Notes under the pieces: model-generated | Told to the model about the DNA's origin: nothing | The model's input: the letters and a program-made list of their open reading frames with translations, nothing else | Database searches by the model: none | In this document: positions 23,414 through 36,600 of the stretch, piece after piece | How positions within the stretch are numbered: position 1 is the first letter of the stretch | Layout of the letters: the number at the start of each line of letters is the position of its first letter | DNA from: Octopus bimaculoides | Lineage: Eukaryota | Assembly: GCF_001194135.2 (NCBI RefSeq) | Contig: NC_068992.1 | Span: 49,944,330-50,008,329 of the forward strand | DNA length: 64,000 nt | Direction: 5' to 3' | Program-made: the position numbers and the translations under genes

Positions 23414-24627
23414 CATAATGATCCTTTCTAGCTCTGGCACAAAGCCAGCAATTTTGATGCGAGAGGGTTAGTCAACTATATCAACTCCAGAGCCTGATAT
23501 GTACTTTTGTATCATCCTTAGGGGGATGAAAGATAAAACTGACTGAGGCAGGATTTGAAATCACAATGTAAAGAGATGGAACAAATATCAAAGGCAGATG
23601 CTCTAATGATTCAGCCAATCCACAATCCTTAATAAATTCTAACATTGGGAGGATTTATCTTATTTGATCCCTGAAAGGGTGGAAGAGACAAACAAAAAGA
23701 AAACAAAAGACAAAAAAAAAAAATATTACACTAGTGGAATTTGAACTTATTTAAATGTACAGCAAGCAAGAAAACAAGACTTACCTCACCAATTAACTGT
23801 AACTGGTGCACAAGGGATTTTAGATCGATTTCACCTGCTAAGGGGTTAATCTTTGTGCGAACATGCTCTGAGAAACTCTTCCAATCTAATACTGGATATG
23901 ATGATGAGGCTCGACGCCAGTACGGAAGTTGTGAGACCATGAGTTCCAAGAAGCCAGATGTTTGTGGTAATGACTGTTGAAATAGATGTAACAATGTCAA
24001 TATAAGTCCTTTATATGCAAAAAAGCAGTACTGGATTAAAAAAGCCATCTGTATATCACACTCAATGTAAATGCATTGCAAAAAAGAAACTTTACTGGGA
24101 TATTCATTTGAAGATATTTTTTATGGATGTGCTGCGTTTAATTCTTTAGCATTTAATCTGGTCATATCTGACCCAAATATTCCACCGGTTTCATGTTAAA
24201 CCTGACCAGATCCAACATCTCACACTTACCCTACAATGCCATTCTAAAAATATACAAACACAACATTGAAATCTCGAAGCCACAAGATAATGCATAATTA
24301 ATTCAAAACAATGTAAATAAATAAACAATATATTTGACAAGGAAATCTGAATGCTGAAGGATTAGAAATACAAATATATCTGTAGTGCATTCTCATCAGC
24401 CACTTCTAGGACGATTTTTATCTGTTACTGATATATTTGTTATTTAACAAATAGGCGCAGAAGTGGCTGTGTGGTGAGTAGCTTGCTTACCAACCACATG
24501 GTTCTGGGTTCAGTCTCACTGCGTGGTGGCACCTTGGGCAAGTGTCTTCTACTATAACCTCGGGCTGACCAAAGCCTAGTGAGTGGATTTGGTAGACAGA
24601 AACTGAAAGAAGCCCGTCTTATGTATG

Positions 24628-24680
<53 letters not shown>

Positions 24681-27600
24681 ATATGTTTATGTGTCTGTGT
24701 TTGTCCCCCAAAATCACTTAACAACCAATGTTGGTGTGTTTACGTCCCCATAACTTAACGGTTCGGCAAAAGAGACCGATAGAATAAGTACTAGGCTTAC
24801 AAAGAATAAGTCCTGGGGTCGATTTCTTCGAAAGGCTTTGGTTGGCCCAAGGCTATAGTAGAAGATACTTGCCCAAGATTTTGGGACCACAGTGAAAGAC
24901 ATCTTCCCATGATACCATGCAGTGGAAATGAACCTGAGACCCCACAGCTGCAAATATAACTTCTTAACCACACAGCCTTGCCTGCATCTGTCTGTCATCA
25001 TCATCATTTAATGTCTGCTCTCCATGTGGGCATGGGTCAGACAATTTGACATGGGATTGGCTAGCAGGGAGCTATCCAGACTCCAATTGTCTGCTGTGGT
25101 ATGGTTTCTATGGCTTGATACCCCTCCTAACACCTGTGTGAATGTTTTTAACAATGAGAGGTAACACCCCAATAGTCCATTAACCTCATCTCCAAGATCA
25201 GTGGAGTTAGCATATAAGAGGGGGTGCTGAAAAGTTCTTGGCTTCAAGGGTATTGCAAAAGGCCTGGTTGGAAGCCCAACCTTTCATGTTCTTTTACAGG
25301 GTTTATAAAAACTGAAAGATTGCTGCAATAAGTGTGTGAAACTGAGAGGGGAATCTATTGGATAAAATCATAATCAACTAATCTTCTTGTATTTTCTTTT
25401 ACCCAGAGCTAGCACCCCCTTGTGTATATACATACATACATATATATATATATATCATCATCATCGTTTAACGTCCGCTTTCCATGCTAGCATGGGTTGG
25501 ACGATTTGACTGAGGACTGGTGAAACCGGATGGCAACACCAGCCTCCAATCTGATTTGGCAGAGTTTCTACAGCTGGATGCCCTTCCTAATGCCAACCAC
25601 TCCGAGAGTGTAGTGGGTGTTTCTACGTGCCACCGTCAGGTGGTACTGGCAACGGCCACGCTCAAAATGGTGTCTTTTACGTGCCACCTGCACAGGAGCC
25701 AGTCCAGCGGCACTGGCAACAATCTCGCTCGAATGTTTTTACACGTGCCACATATATATTTGATATCAAGGGAAATCTCACCAAGTCAAATTAAAAATTT
25801 CTTTTAATCTTAGTTTCAATAATCTATTTGCATGTGAAAGAGAGGAACAAATAGAGGAGAGTAATTTCTGAAGGTGACCAACCTTTACAATTTGTGCCTT
25901 CATTTCAGCAATTTGTCTTTTGAGAGCTTTCATATCAGATGAACCAGCCACCTGGGTGTCTATAACGAATACTCGATCCACAATTTCCATGTCATTGCCA
26001 AACTCCTTCTGTGCCTTTGTAAGTATCATTTGTGTCTCTTTACAGACATATTCACCGCGATTGTTACGGTTGCAGTTGGTAGCTTGATCCGCATGAGTTG
26101 CAACGAGGATGACCCCAAGTGGATTTAAAGGTTTTCCACACTGACCTACAACAACAAAAAAAATGATTAGATGGGAGTGATTGTTGTTATTTAACTTATG
26201 TGCCTGTATATGTGAGTGTGTTATATTGTATTTGTATATTTTTCGGAGTGCATATACAGGTGAGAGCAGGGTTGGTGAATGTGCGTGTGTGGGTAAATAT
26301 GTTGGTTTGCATCTGTGTTTCTGTGTCTGTTGGTGAGTGCACATTGGTAGGACGGTGAGTTTTTGTTGGTGCATATATGTCTGTGCATATACTGCCATAG
26401 TTACTGTGAATGAAATTCTTATATTGGCCTTTTGGTGCAAAATGCACACTTCCAATATGTGAGAAGTTCTCTCATGCTTAGTGTATCAGTATAGTTTGTT
26501 CTAATAGAACATCCACATTTAAGCAGGGATAAATGTTACCTCTTGGTATTAATACTGCCTCTGTTGCTAATATGCATTGGTGTGTGTGTGTTAATGTGAT
26601 GTCAAATGCATGCTCATGTACCAACATAGGAGCAGAAGGTTAATGAAAATGGTTCCAACTTACCCAGAGGAGGTTGCAGACCAGCCCTGGACTTGACAAA
26701 ATTCAACCAGAACATCACTTGGGCAATTTGCTCATCAAAGGAATCCGTTAGACTAAATCCAATAATGGTGACACAAGTTTGGTCATGTAAAAAATGGTCG
26801 TAGAGCATATAATAAGGTTGGTAGCCAGAGAAGTCCCAAATGCTCACATCACCAATTCCTAGGGAATTAAAAATGATACATGTAAACATGTGTAAATGCA
26901 TGTATGTTCATGTGGGAGAGGGAGAAAGATTAAAAAGGGTGATGAAGTTAACATTCACATATGCATGAACACAAAACAGGAAGTCTTCCTCTTCCTCATC
27001 ATCATTTTTACATCTACTCTTCCATGTTTCCAACGATCAGTTGAAGACGCTATGAATGTCCCTAAATGTGAAATGGCAGCAATAATTGACAAATGAATAC
27101 CTTTATGGAGACCTGCTGAAAGTTAGTGAGAAGATCAGACAAAGACGGCTGCATTTATTGGGTCACTGCATGTGCCACCCTGAACTGGAAGCATCTAAAT
27201 TGGTCTTGTGAAACGCATGTCATGGTGATGTAAGAAGAGGAAAACATTGTCACACAAATATTAACTTGATTGCAGGCACTGGCCTGGAATGTACCCTGGA
27301 CATTCAGGCACTGATGATGGGTCGAGAAGTGTGGTGGTTTGTGTTAGAACCCAGCCATAATAATAAAATAGTGGATCGGTTGGAATTAGTTGAGGTAGAT
27401 TTTCTATGGCCAAATTTCTTTCCCATTGCCAATCCCCGCCTGTTTCTAAGCAAGGTAATATTTTACCCCATGGTCAGACATGTTTCCATGAAAGAGTTGA
27501 AATAAAAGAAACAGCTTGATACTTGATTATGACTATTGTGCAATGTCAAGACAAACAGATACAAACACATGCATAAATACACACATGTGCATACCCACAC

Positions 27601-30600
27601 ACACGCACACACACACACACAACAGCAGCTTTGAGTTTCCCTCTACCAAATTCACTGACAGGACTTCAGTTGGCTTGAAGCTATAGTAGATGACAATGAC
27701 CCAAGATGCCACATGGTGGGACTGAACACAAAACCATGTGGTTAGAAAACAAACTTATCAGCTACTCCTGCACATAGTGAGTCTCACTTAAATATATAAA
27801 ATACAAAAGAAAAAAAAAAGCCTAAAAAAAAACTGCTTAATCACACGACCATTAGATGGGAGTGATTGTTGTCATTTGCAGTAGAAAATACAATTATGAA
27901 TATTTTGGGATCTTGGAATCAAGACACAGTGATTCTTACTTCATTGTTAACAAAATTTTGGACAGGAATGGTACAAACCTTTGACATTTACTTGTTGGAT
28001 GTCTATTCCTTTGGTATATGTAGGGTTACCAATTGAGTAGCAAAGTGGTGTTGGTAAGCTGTATTGACGTAGCATCCGGGACCGATCTGAAAGAATGGAA
28101 TGTGAACTCCAGTTTAATAAATTTACCACAATTACAGCTATACAAGTTAATATCTTTCTATTACATTTGTCAACAACAACAGGTTTCTGACTCAGGTATA
28201 ATGTCTGAATGAATAGTAATTATGAAAAAAATGGCACCGGAGGGGTGATGCTTACACTGTGCACAGATAAATTTTTTTACAATTTATAGTGTAGGCGCAA
28301 GAGAGGCTGTGTGGTAAGTAGCTTGCTTACCAACCACATGGTTCCGGGTTCAGTCCCACTGAGTGGCACCTTGGGCAAGTGTCTTCTACTATAGCCTCAG
28401 GCCGACCAAAGCCTTGTGAGTGGATTTGGTAGACGGAAATTGAAAGAAGCTCATCGTGTGATGGCACCTATGCCCAGCGTCGCCTTTCTGGCACTTGTGC
28501 CCACGGCATGTGCAAGGACTTTCGAGTGAGATCGCTGCCAGTGCCCCTGGACTGGCTCTTGTGCGGGTGGCACATAAAATACACCATTTCGAGCGTGGCC
28601 GTTGCCAGTACCTCCTGACTGGCCTTCGTGCCGGTGGCACGTAAAAGCACCCACTACACTCTCTGAGTGGTTGGTGTTAGGAAGGGTATCCAGCTGTAGA
28701 AACTCTGCCAAATCAGATTGGAGCCTGGTGTAGCCATCTGGTTTCACCAGTCGTCAATCAAATCGTCCAACCCATGCAAGCATGGAAAGCGGACGTTAAA
28801 TGATAAGGATGATGATGATGCAAGAAGCAGCTAGGTTTCTTTCTCTGACATTTTACATAGTTCAACGCAGACAAGTTAATGTGTGACAAACAAAATAGAA
28901 ATTTTACAAGCAGTTTCTATAAAACTAGTTTTTTAACATTGAATGGCTCCAAAGGGATGCATAGATAAAAAATGGTTGAAAACCCTTGTTTTATATGAAG
29001 AAAGATATATCTTTACCAAAGTGTCTAACATGGAATCTCATAAATAATAAACAAGTAAGTAAAAATTTTGTCATGTGATGTGTGTTGAAGCTGTAATAAT
29101 GTATTGTATTCTAAATAGAAAGTGTTGAAAATATACAAACTTTTCTCTCTGGCAGATAGAGAGCCAGTACTAAAGAGGCGCCCTCGAAAGAAACTGTAGA
29201 GGGTGCCACATTTGAGAGATTCTATAAGGGTAGATTTTCCAACAGCAGTTGAACCAAGGACCTTAACTTTGATTCGAGACAGGTTTTGATTCTGTGGATT
29301 TAATTGTTGGATGAAAGCAGTAACTCGATCCTGTGCAGAGAGAAAAAACAGCAGTCATTAATAATGGTTAATAATAATAATAATGATGATGATGATAATG
29401 GTTTCAAATTTTGGTAAAATGCCAGTAATTGTGGGGTGGGGGTGGGGGTTAAGTTGATTTCATTGACCCCAGTGCTCAACTGGGTTGATGTAATTGACCC
29501 TGAAAGGATGAAAGGCTAAGTCAACCTTGTCAGAATTTGAATGCAGAACATAAGAATAGATGAAATGCTGCTAACAATTCTTCCAGCTCACCACCTTGCA
29601 GTGATAAATAATGGTTAATAATAATAATAATAATAATGATCCTTTCTCCTGGGGAAACTGAGACAGTGACAAGCAGGTAGGTATCAACAGGATTAGCCAT
29701 TTTGTTGCTATATTTCTGTTGAAATATTTTCATTTCAATTAATTTTGAAAATAACGAAGAATTTAGTAAAATAACATCGTCATCATTAAGCTGGTAATTA
29801 GAATATAAATTAACATGAAATTTAGACAGTGTTTGATTTAGATCATTAGTATGTAACATTGTATCATACAATCAAGGGACCAGTCTCAGTGAGGTTAGCA
29901 CCAAAAGGTTTAAAGAATTATTTATTGAATAAATAGAGATAGAATGTGTTTAACTTACCCCATGGACCTTATTCAGCAGTTCAGCAATCTCTGTATAACC
30001 CTGAGCTAGTGCCATGATTTCAGCAGTAACACCATCCTGATGCCAACAGAGAACATAATAATAAATGTTAAAGAAACAGAGAAATAATCTGTAAAAAAAA
30101 ATTTTTTTTAATTAAAAAAAATAACGCCAAAGACCAGGCACTGACCATCAAAGGATATTAGTGAAAATCTTTATATCTCCACTTCTATAGTAATGAGTAA
30201 ACAAAATAGTGTTTGCAAGCCTATAATTCATCTTTCTTATGGTGTTGGAAAGGTCTAAAAAGTTTAAAACTGTGTAAATTTGATTCAACATGGCAATTTA
30301 TGTGCCTGATTATTAGTCCTCCCAATCCTCAATCAACAATCACAAGAAACAAATATAATCCCCTACTGGTCACCTAATTTGATAACCCTGTACAGATAAG
30401 GGTGTCTAGTTAAGATGTACATTTGCAACTATGGGATTTCAGATTTGATCCCACTGTGGCACAGCTCACTGAGTAAGCATGTTCTACAACAGACTTGGGT
30501 CAACCAAAGCCTTTATGAGTGAAAATTGGTAAATAAAAACTTATTGGAGGGATTGTTCATATTCTTGAGTCTTCACACTTCTGCTGGATCCTGAGTCTTT

Positions 30601-33600
30601 AGAAGGGTCCACTTTAATAACAAGCATTGAGGATAGCTTCCTCTCTTCTTCTTACCAGTTTTGGATACCTTGAAAAGGGTCAAGGGAACAGATCAAGCCA
30701 TAATACCTTTCTCCTCACTGTCTAGGTCCACCTAGACGTAAATTTTAAAAAATCAAAATGATCAGGAGAAAAAGTATTCATAATCTCTGCAGGCCCAAGT
30801 CGAGATTTTTACAGCAGGTGTCTTGCCTCAACAACATTGTAATTATCCTTGGCAGCTTTTCCTTCAGTATCACTACCATCATTATCATCATTTAATAGCT
30901 ATCTTCCATGTTTGATGATTCAACAAGAGCTGGCAAATTGGAGGACAACAGTATGTCCCAATATCTGCTTAGGCAAAATTTCTATAGCTGGGTTGCCCTT
31001 TCTAATACCAGCATTTTACAGAGTGTACCGAGTGCTTTTCACATGGTACTAGCACTAGTGAAAATAATTTGCAGCTTGCAAGGATGGGGAAATAACTGAA
31101 CCCCAGCTTGGATATTTGCAAACTCTCCTAAAGGATACCCACAGAGCAGGTATTATGTTACACTGGGGTACCCTGATGAAGTACAGCTCACTGCTGTTTA
31201 TGACCCGAGGCTATATCAAAATTCCATGCAGTGGGATTGAACCTGGAACTACACAACTGTGAAGCAGGGTTCATGTATCTACTTTTATTAGCGACATAAT
31301 TTAAAACAAAGACAACCAAGAAAGAAGAGAGATGAGAAAGATGAATGTTACCTTATTCTTGGCATCAGCATTTGCTTCTGATAGTAAAAGACACCGGACA
31401 ATTTCAATATGACCAGCCTTACTGGCCAGGTGTAAAGCCGTTGCTCCTGCCTGTAAATGGACAATGAGGGAAGGTAAAAAGATAAATGAGTAAATGAAGT
31501 GACAAAGATAAACAAGGAAAAAATAAGGAAAGTGGAGCATGAGACAGAAGGTAAAAAAAAAAAAAATTTTTGAATAAAGAAAACCCCCCAAAACATAGAA
31601 AGAACAAAAAAGATGAAAGAGAATAAGGTGGGTGGGGTGGAGTTTGATGGTGGATGGGCAAACACTGAAAGTGAAAGGATGATAGAGTAGCTTTGTAAGC
31701 TCATTGCCTCAAGTTCAAACTCACCATCAGCCAGAACAGAAGTGTTAATGGATTACAAAAAACTAAGAATCAAAAGAAAACACTTTCAAAGAGGAGCAGA
31801 GGAGTGGGGCGAGGAAGGAATGGGAGTGGCTTAGCAATGGGAAGTGAGACTAACAGAAAACAACCTCATTTGTTCTAGTGGAATCCCTTCCGACTAGGAC
31901 ATGAGGGTTTGAGAAATTGTATCGAGTGGAATGTCAATAGAATGTGGAGATTAAAAAATCTGAGGAATTTAAGATGGGTTACACTTAAATCATCTCTGTT
32001 TGCAGCCGTTAGGTCGTGCTTTCTGTAATTAATCCAAATATCATAATAGGGGATTATATAGACCACCACCGCCACCAAGTCTAATTACTTATATAGAAAA
32101 GAGTTTAGCTCTAGGCAGAGATTAAGAGAAACACTGAGAAGAAAGTGTGTGTGCATGCATGTGCATACTAACAAAGAGTGCACATATACATACACACACA
32201 TATATATATGCAAGTGTATGGGCACTAATAGGCATATGTATGTAAATGTATGCATGTATGACTGTGCACATGAATGCATGTAAATGTAAGTGAGTACAAG
32301 TGCCCAAAAGTCTGTAGATATAAGTATAAGTATGTGTGTGTGTGTGCATGTGTGTTTGTGTCTGTTCCTGACCACCACTTGACAACAGATGCTGGTGTGT
32401 TTATGGACCCCGTAATTTAGCAGTTTGGCAAAAGAACTGATAGAATAAGTACTGGGGTTGAGATATATTTGACTAAACTTCTTTAAGGTAGTGTCCCAGC
32501 ATGACTGCAGTCCAATGACTGAAACAAGTAAAAGATAAAGCTCTAAATCACCAGGAGTTACAAGCCCAGTGGCCACCCCCACCTGATTTAGCCATATTAC
32601 AGACATAGTGACAAACGGACAGACAGGTTGATGAATAGACAGGTATACAAACTGACAAATCAATATACTGACCCTGTTAGTCATATCTACAACACAACCA
32701 TAGGCACACATTGCCTGTACAACAGGAACTAGGCCATTTCTTGCAGCAATATGTAAAGCATTTTCTCCAGTTTCCTGTAAGAAAGACAAGAATTTAAATA
32801 TACATCAACCTTAACAACAGCTATTGATTTTATAACATTGGTACAAAGCCTTGAATTTACATGGATCAGGGGTATAGTTGACTTAAATGACTCCAGTATT
32901 TCACTGACAATGTTTTTAATTGACCTCACAAGGGTAAAAATCCAGGTTGACTCCAGTAGGATTTGAACTTGATATGTAAAAGGATGTGATTAACATACAG
33001 CACAGTGTTTTGTCCATAGCTCTACCAATTTTCCCACAGCCATAAGCTTTGTATGTAAATATGTGTGAGTCATTCTATTGAGCTTATCAATAATAAAGAA
33101 GACTAAGGCAAGCTGGGAAATTGTTAGCACTTGGGGCAAAATGCTTTGTGGCATTTCATCTGTCTTTACATTCTGAGTTCAAACACTGCTGAGGTTGACT
33201 TTGCCTTTCATCCTTTCAGGGGTCAATGAAATAAGTACCAGTTGAATACTGGGGTTGATGTAGTTAACTTTCCCCTCCTCTGAAAATGCTGGCCTTGTGC
33301 CGAAATTTGAAACCAGTAATAATGAAGACTATTTTGAAGCAAATATGACTGACTCCAGTATATCACTAACATTTATGTTTAGCAAATTCAAAGAGAGATG
33401 AGAGAAAGTTGAATGCAGCATGTGTTTGCATGTGTAGCAGTTGTGGATAACCTGTGGCCCCTTGGGACTTTCTGAATGACATACCTAACAAAAAATTACC
33501 TTTACTTTTGTTAGTAGTGCAGCCCACCTGATGATGCACCATGTCTCATGTGGTTTGCCTCTAAAAAAGGCTGCTCATGTTTAGTCTAAGCTATTTCTAG

Positions 33601-36600
33601 TCAGTAGGCTTGTGTCTATTTTTGTGGTAAGCTAAGTGAAGACAAACTATCACTCTGTCATGTAGACCTAAGTTATTTGAACAAAGACACCCTTTAAGTT
33701 AATCTTATTTACCCTTTGGCATTCAGATTACTCTGTCAAATGTAATGCTTATTTATTCACATTTGTGTTAAATTAATCCTGCATTATCTCATATAGCTTC
33801 AAGATTATGCAAAGGAGGTTGTTTATTTTTAGAATGACATTGTAAGGTAGGTGTGAGAGGCAAGGTCTGACCAGTTTCAATATAAAAGGAGAATATTTGG
33901 GTCTGATGTGGTTGGTTTAAATGCTGAGGGGTTAATTATGTTGCAAAGACTGTATAATGTGTGTGTCTTTGTGTTTGTGCCCTCACCACTACTTGACTGG
34001 TGTTGGTTTGTTTACACCTCTGTAACCTAGCAGTTCGGCAAAAGAGATGTCATAAGTACCAAGCTTAAAAATAAAGTACAGGCAATTGATTTGTTTGACT
34101 AAAACCTCCAGCATAGCCACAGTCCAATGACTGAAACAAGTAAAAGATACATACACACACACATACAGATATTTAGGACAAATACAAATATAAACAAAAC
34201 CTCTGTGTGTTTTAAGTAAGCACACGCTTCTATTTATTTCACTGCAGTGCTTTGATTAATTAATAACTCATGTTGCCAATGCATGTACTATTACATAACT
34301 AAGGAAGACTAAAATAAGTTCTATTAGAGGTTTGTATAAATTATAAATAGTTCTAAGTTGCTAGTCTTCAAGTGGATAGGAAATGAGTAACTAATCACTG
34401 ATGAGATGCTAATAGATAATGAAACTAGTAATATTGATCTAATTTTCTATCCACAAAGAGAGGGTGAGAAACTTTGTGGTTTACCCTTGATGTCTACATT
34501 TCATTAGCAATGAGTTAACTAAAAATACATTATCATAAATATATTTTACATCCCTCTTTTATTGACTGTTTGTGTCCCTTATATATATATAAGATCGGAA
34601 GAGCNNNNNNNNNNNNNNNNNNNNNNNNNNNNNNNNNNNNNNNNNNNNNNNNNNNNNNNNNNNNNNNNNNNNNNNNNNNNNNNNNNTATATATATATATA
34701 TATATATATATGTAGGTATGATTGGAGGCTCTTGATGCATGAAAATTAAACCACACAGGTTTCGGCTCTAATGTTAAACATGTTAAACTCCCACTGTCTC
34801 TTGTACGTACAGGCCATATTGTTTATTTATTATCACTGTTTTGAATTAATTATGTATTATCTCGTTTAGAATGACATTGTAGGGTAGGTGTGAGAAGTTG
34901 AATCTGGTCAATTAAATACTAAAGGGATTAAAAACAAAAAAACTTTAGATCCATTCACATATGTTTGAAACATGTTTGACCACCAAGAAGGCATGTCCAC
35001 TGCGGTTTGCCATAGACAAAAATTCTTGCTATAGGTTATATGAGTTAAAAACACCAAATTCAGTTCAGAGCACCAACTCCACGAACTGGTAGATGCATTT
35101 CAAGCCTTTTATATTCTCTTCAATATTAGATGCTAAGCAGAGTAACTCTAAACTGACTGGAAGACTTCTTATAAGGAATTAATAAAAACTATTTCTTCCA
35201 TCAGACTGGAACAAAACATATGGGTGGAACATGAAGAACACAACCCTGCTGGCTGGGCATGCAGGCCAACATTCTCTCCTGATTGAAAAGGGGGACTGGA
35301 GCAATGTGAAATGAAGTGTCTTGCTGAAGAACAAAATGCACCACCTGGTCTAGGAATTGAACCTATGATCAAGTGATCGTGAATGCAACACTCTAACTAC
35401 TAGGCCACATGCCTTCACACAACATACATACATACATACAGACAGACAGACAGGTATATCTTTCTTCTATAATGGATTACCTCATAACATCTGTGTTTGA
35501 AAAATTGAACAAGGAAAGCGCTTACAATACAAAAATCTTCATTCTAAAAGTTTTGTGTCATTCTGTTTTTCTAAGATTATTTTTTTAAAATAGATAATAA
35601 CTTTTAAGAAAATCTTTTAGCAAATATTATGACTGTGCCAAATACTTTTTATGAAAACCTTTAAATGTGTGTGTGTGTGTGTGNNNNNNNNNNTGTTATT
35701 AATTTAAGTGAATGCAAACTTAATGACTCATGAGACTGGAAAAAAAAAGTGAGTAATTTGATACCATGTCACATTCCTAATTTTAATTAGTATCCATTTA
35801 ATTGAAAAATATAAACATGCATGATTTCACCAACCTCTGAACACTCAGTTCTTTTTAGTAACTTAACCCTTCCACAAAAGAAAAAAAAATCAAAAACAAT
35901 ACACACAAAAATACATTCAAACTTAAAATTAAAAAAAAAAACTATGAAATCTGTAAAAAATATGGCAGAGATGAATAGAAAAAACAAGAGGTGAGAATTG
36001 GTAATGAATAGGTGAACTTACTAAATCTGTAGTATCGAGATCACAGCCCTTATGTATCAAAAGTAGAGCAATTTGGACATGGTGCCGATTACAGGCAAGG
36101 TGGAGTGGAGTGCTTCCGTTCTAGGAAAAAAAAAAAAAAAAAAAAGGAAAATGTTAAAAAAATATTAATAATAATAATTTGAAATATTTTGTCAAAATAT
36201 GAAAGGTAAACATCACCATAATAATCATCATCACCATCATAAGTCAACAAAAGTATTGTTGTTTAGTCATTTGACCTGCTATATACTCTTTTACTTGTTT
36301 CAGTCATTTGACTGCGGCCATGCTGGAGCACTGCCTTTAGTCGAGCAAATCGACTCCGGGACTTATTCTTTGTAAGCCTAGTACTTATTCTATCAGTCTC
36401 TTTTGCCGAATCGCTAAGTTACGGGGACGTAAACACACCAGCATCGGTTGTCAAGCAATGCTAGGGGAACAAACACAGACACACACACATATATACATAT
36501 GTGTGATGGGCTTCTTTCAGTTTCCGTCTACCAAATCCACTCACAAGGCTTTGGTCGGCTCGAGGCTATAGTAGAAGACACTTGCCCAAGATGCCACGCA

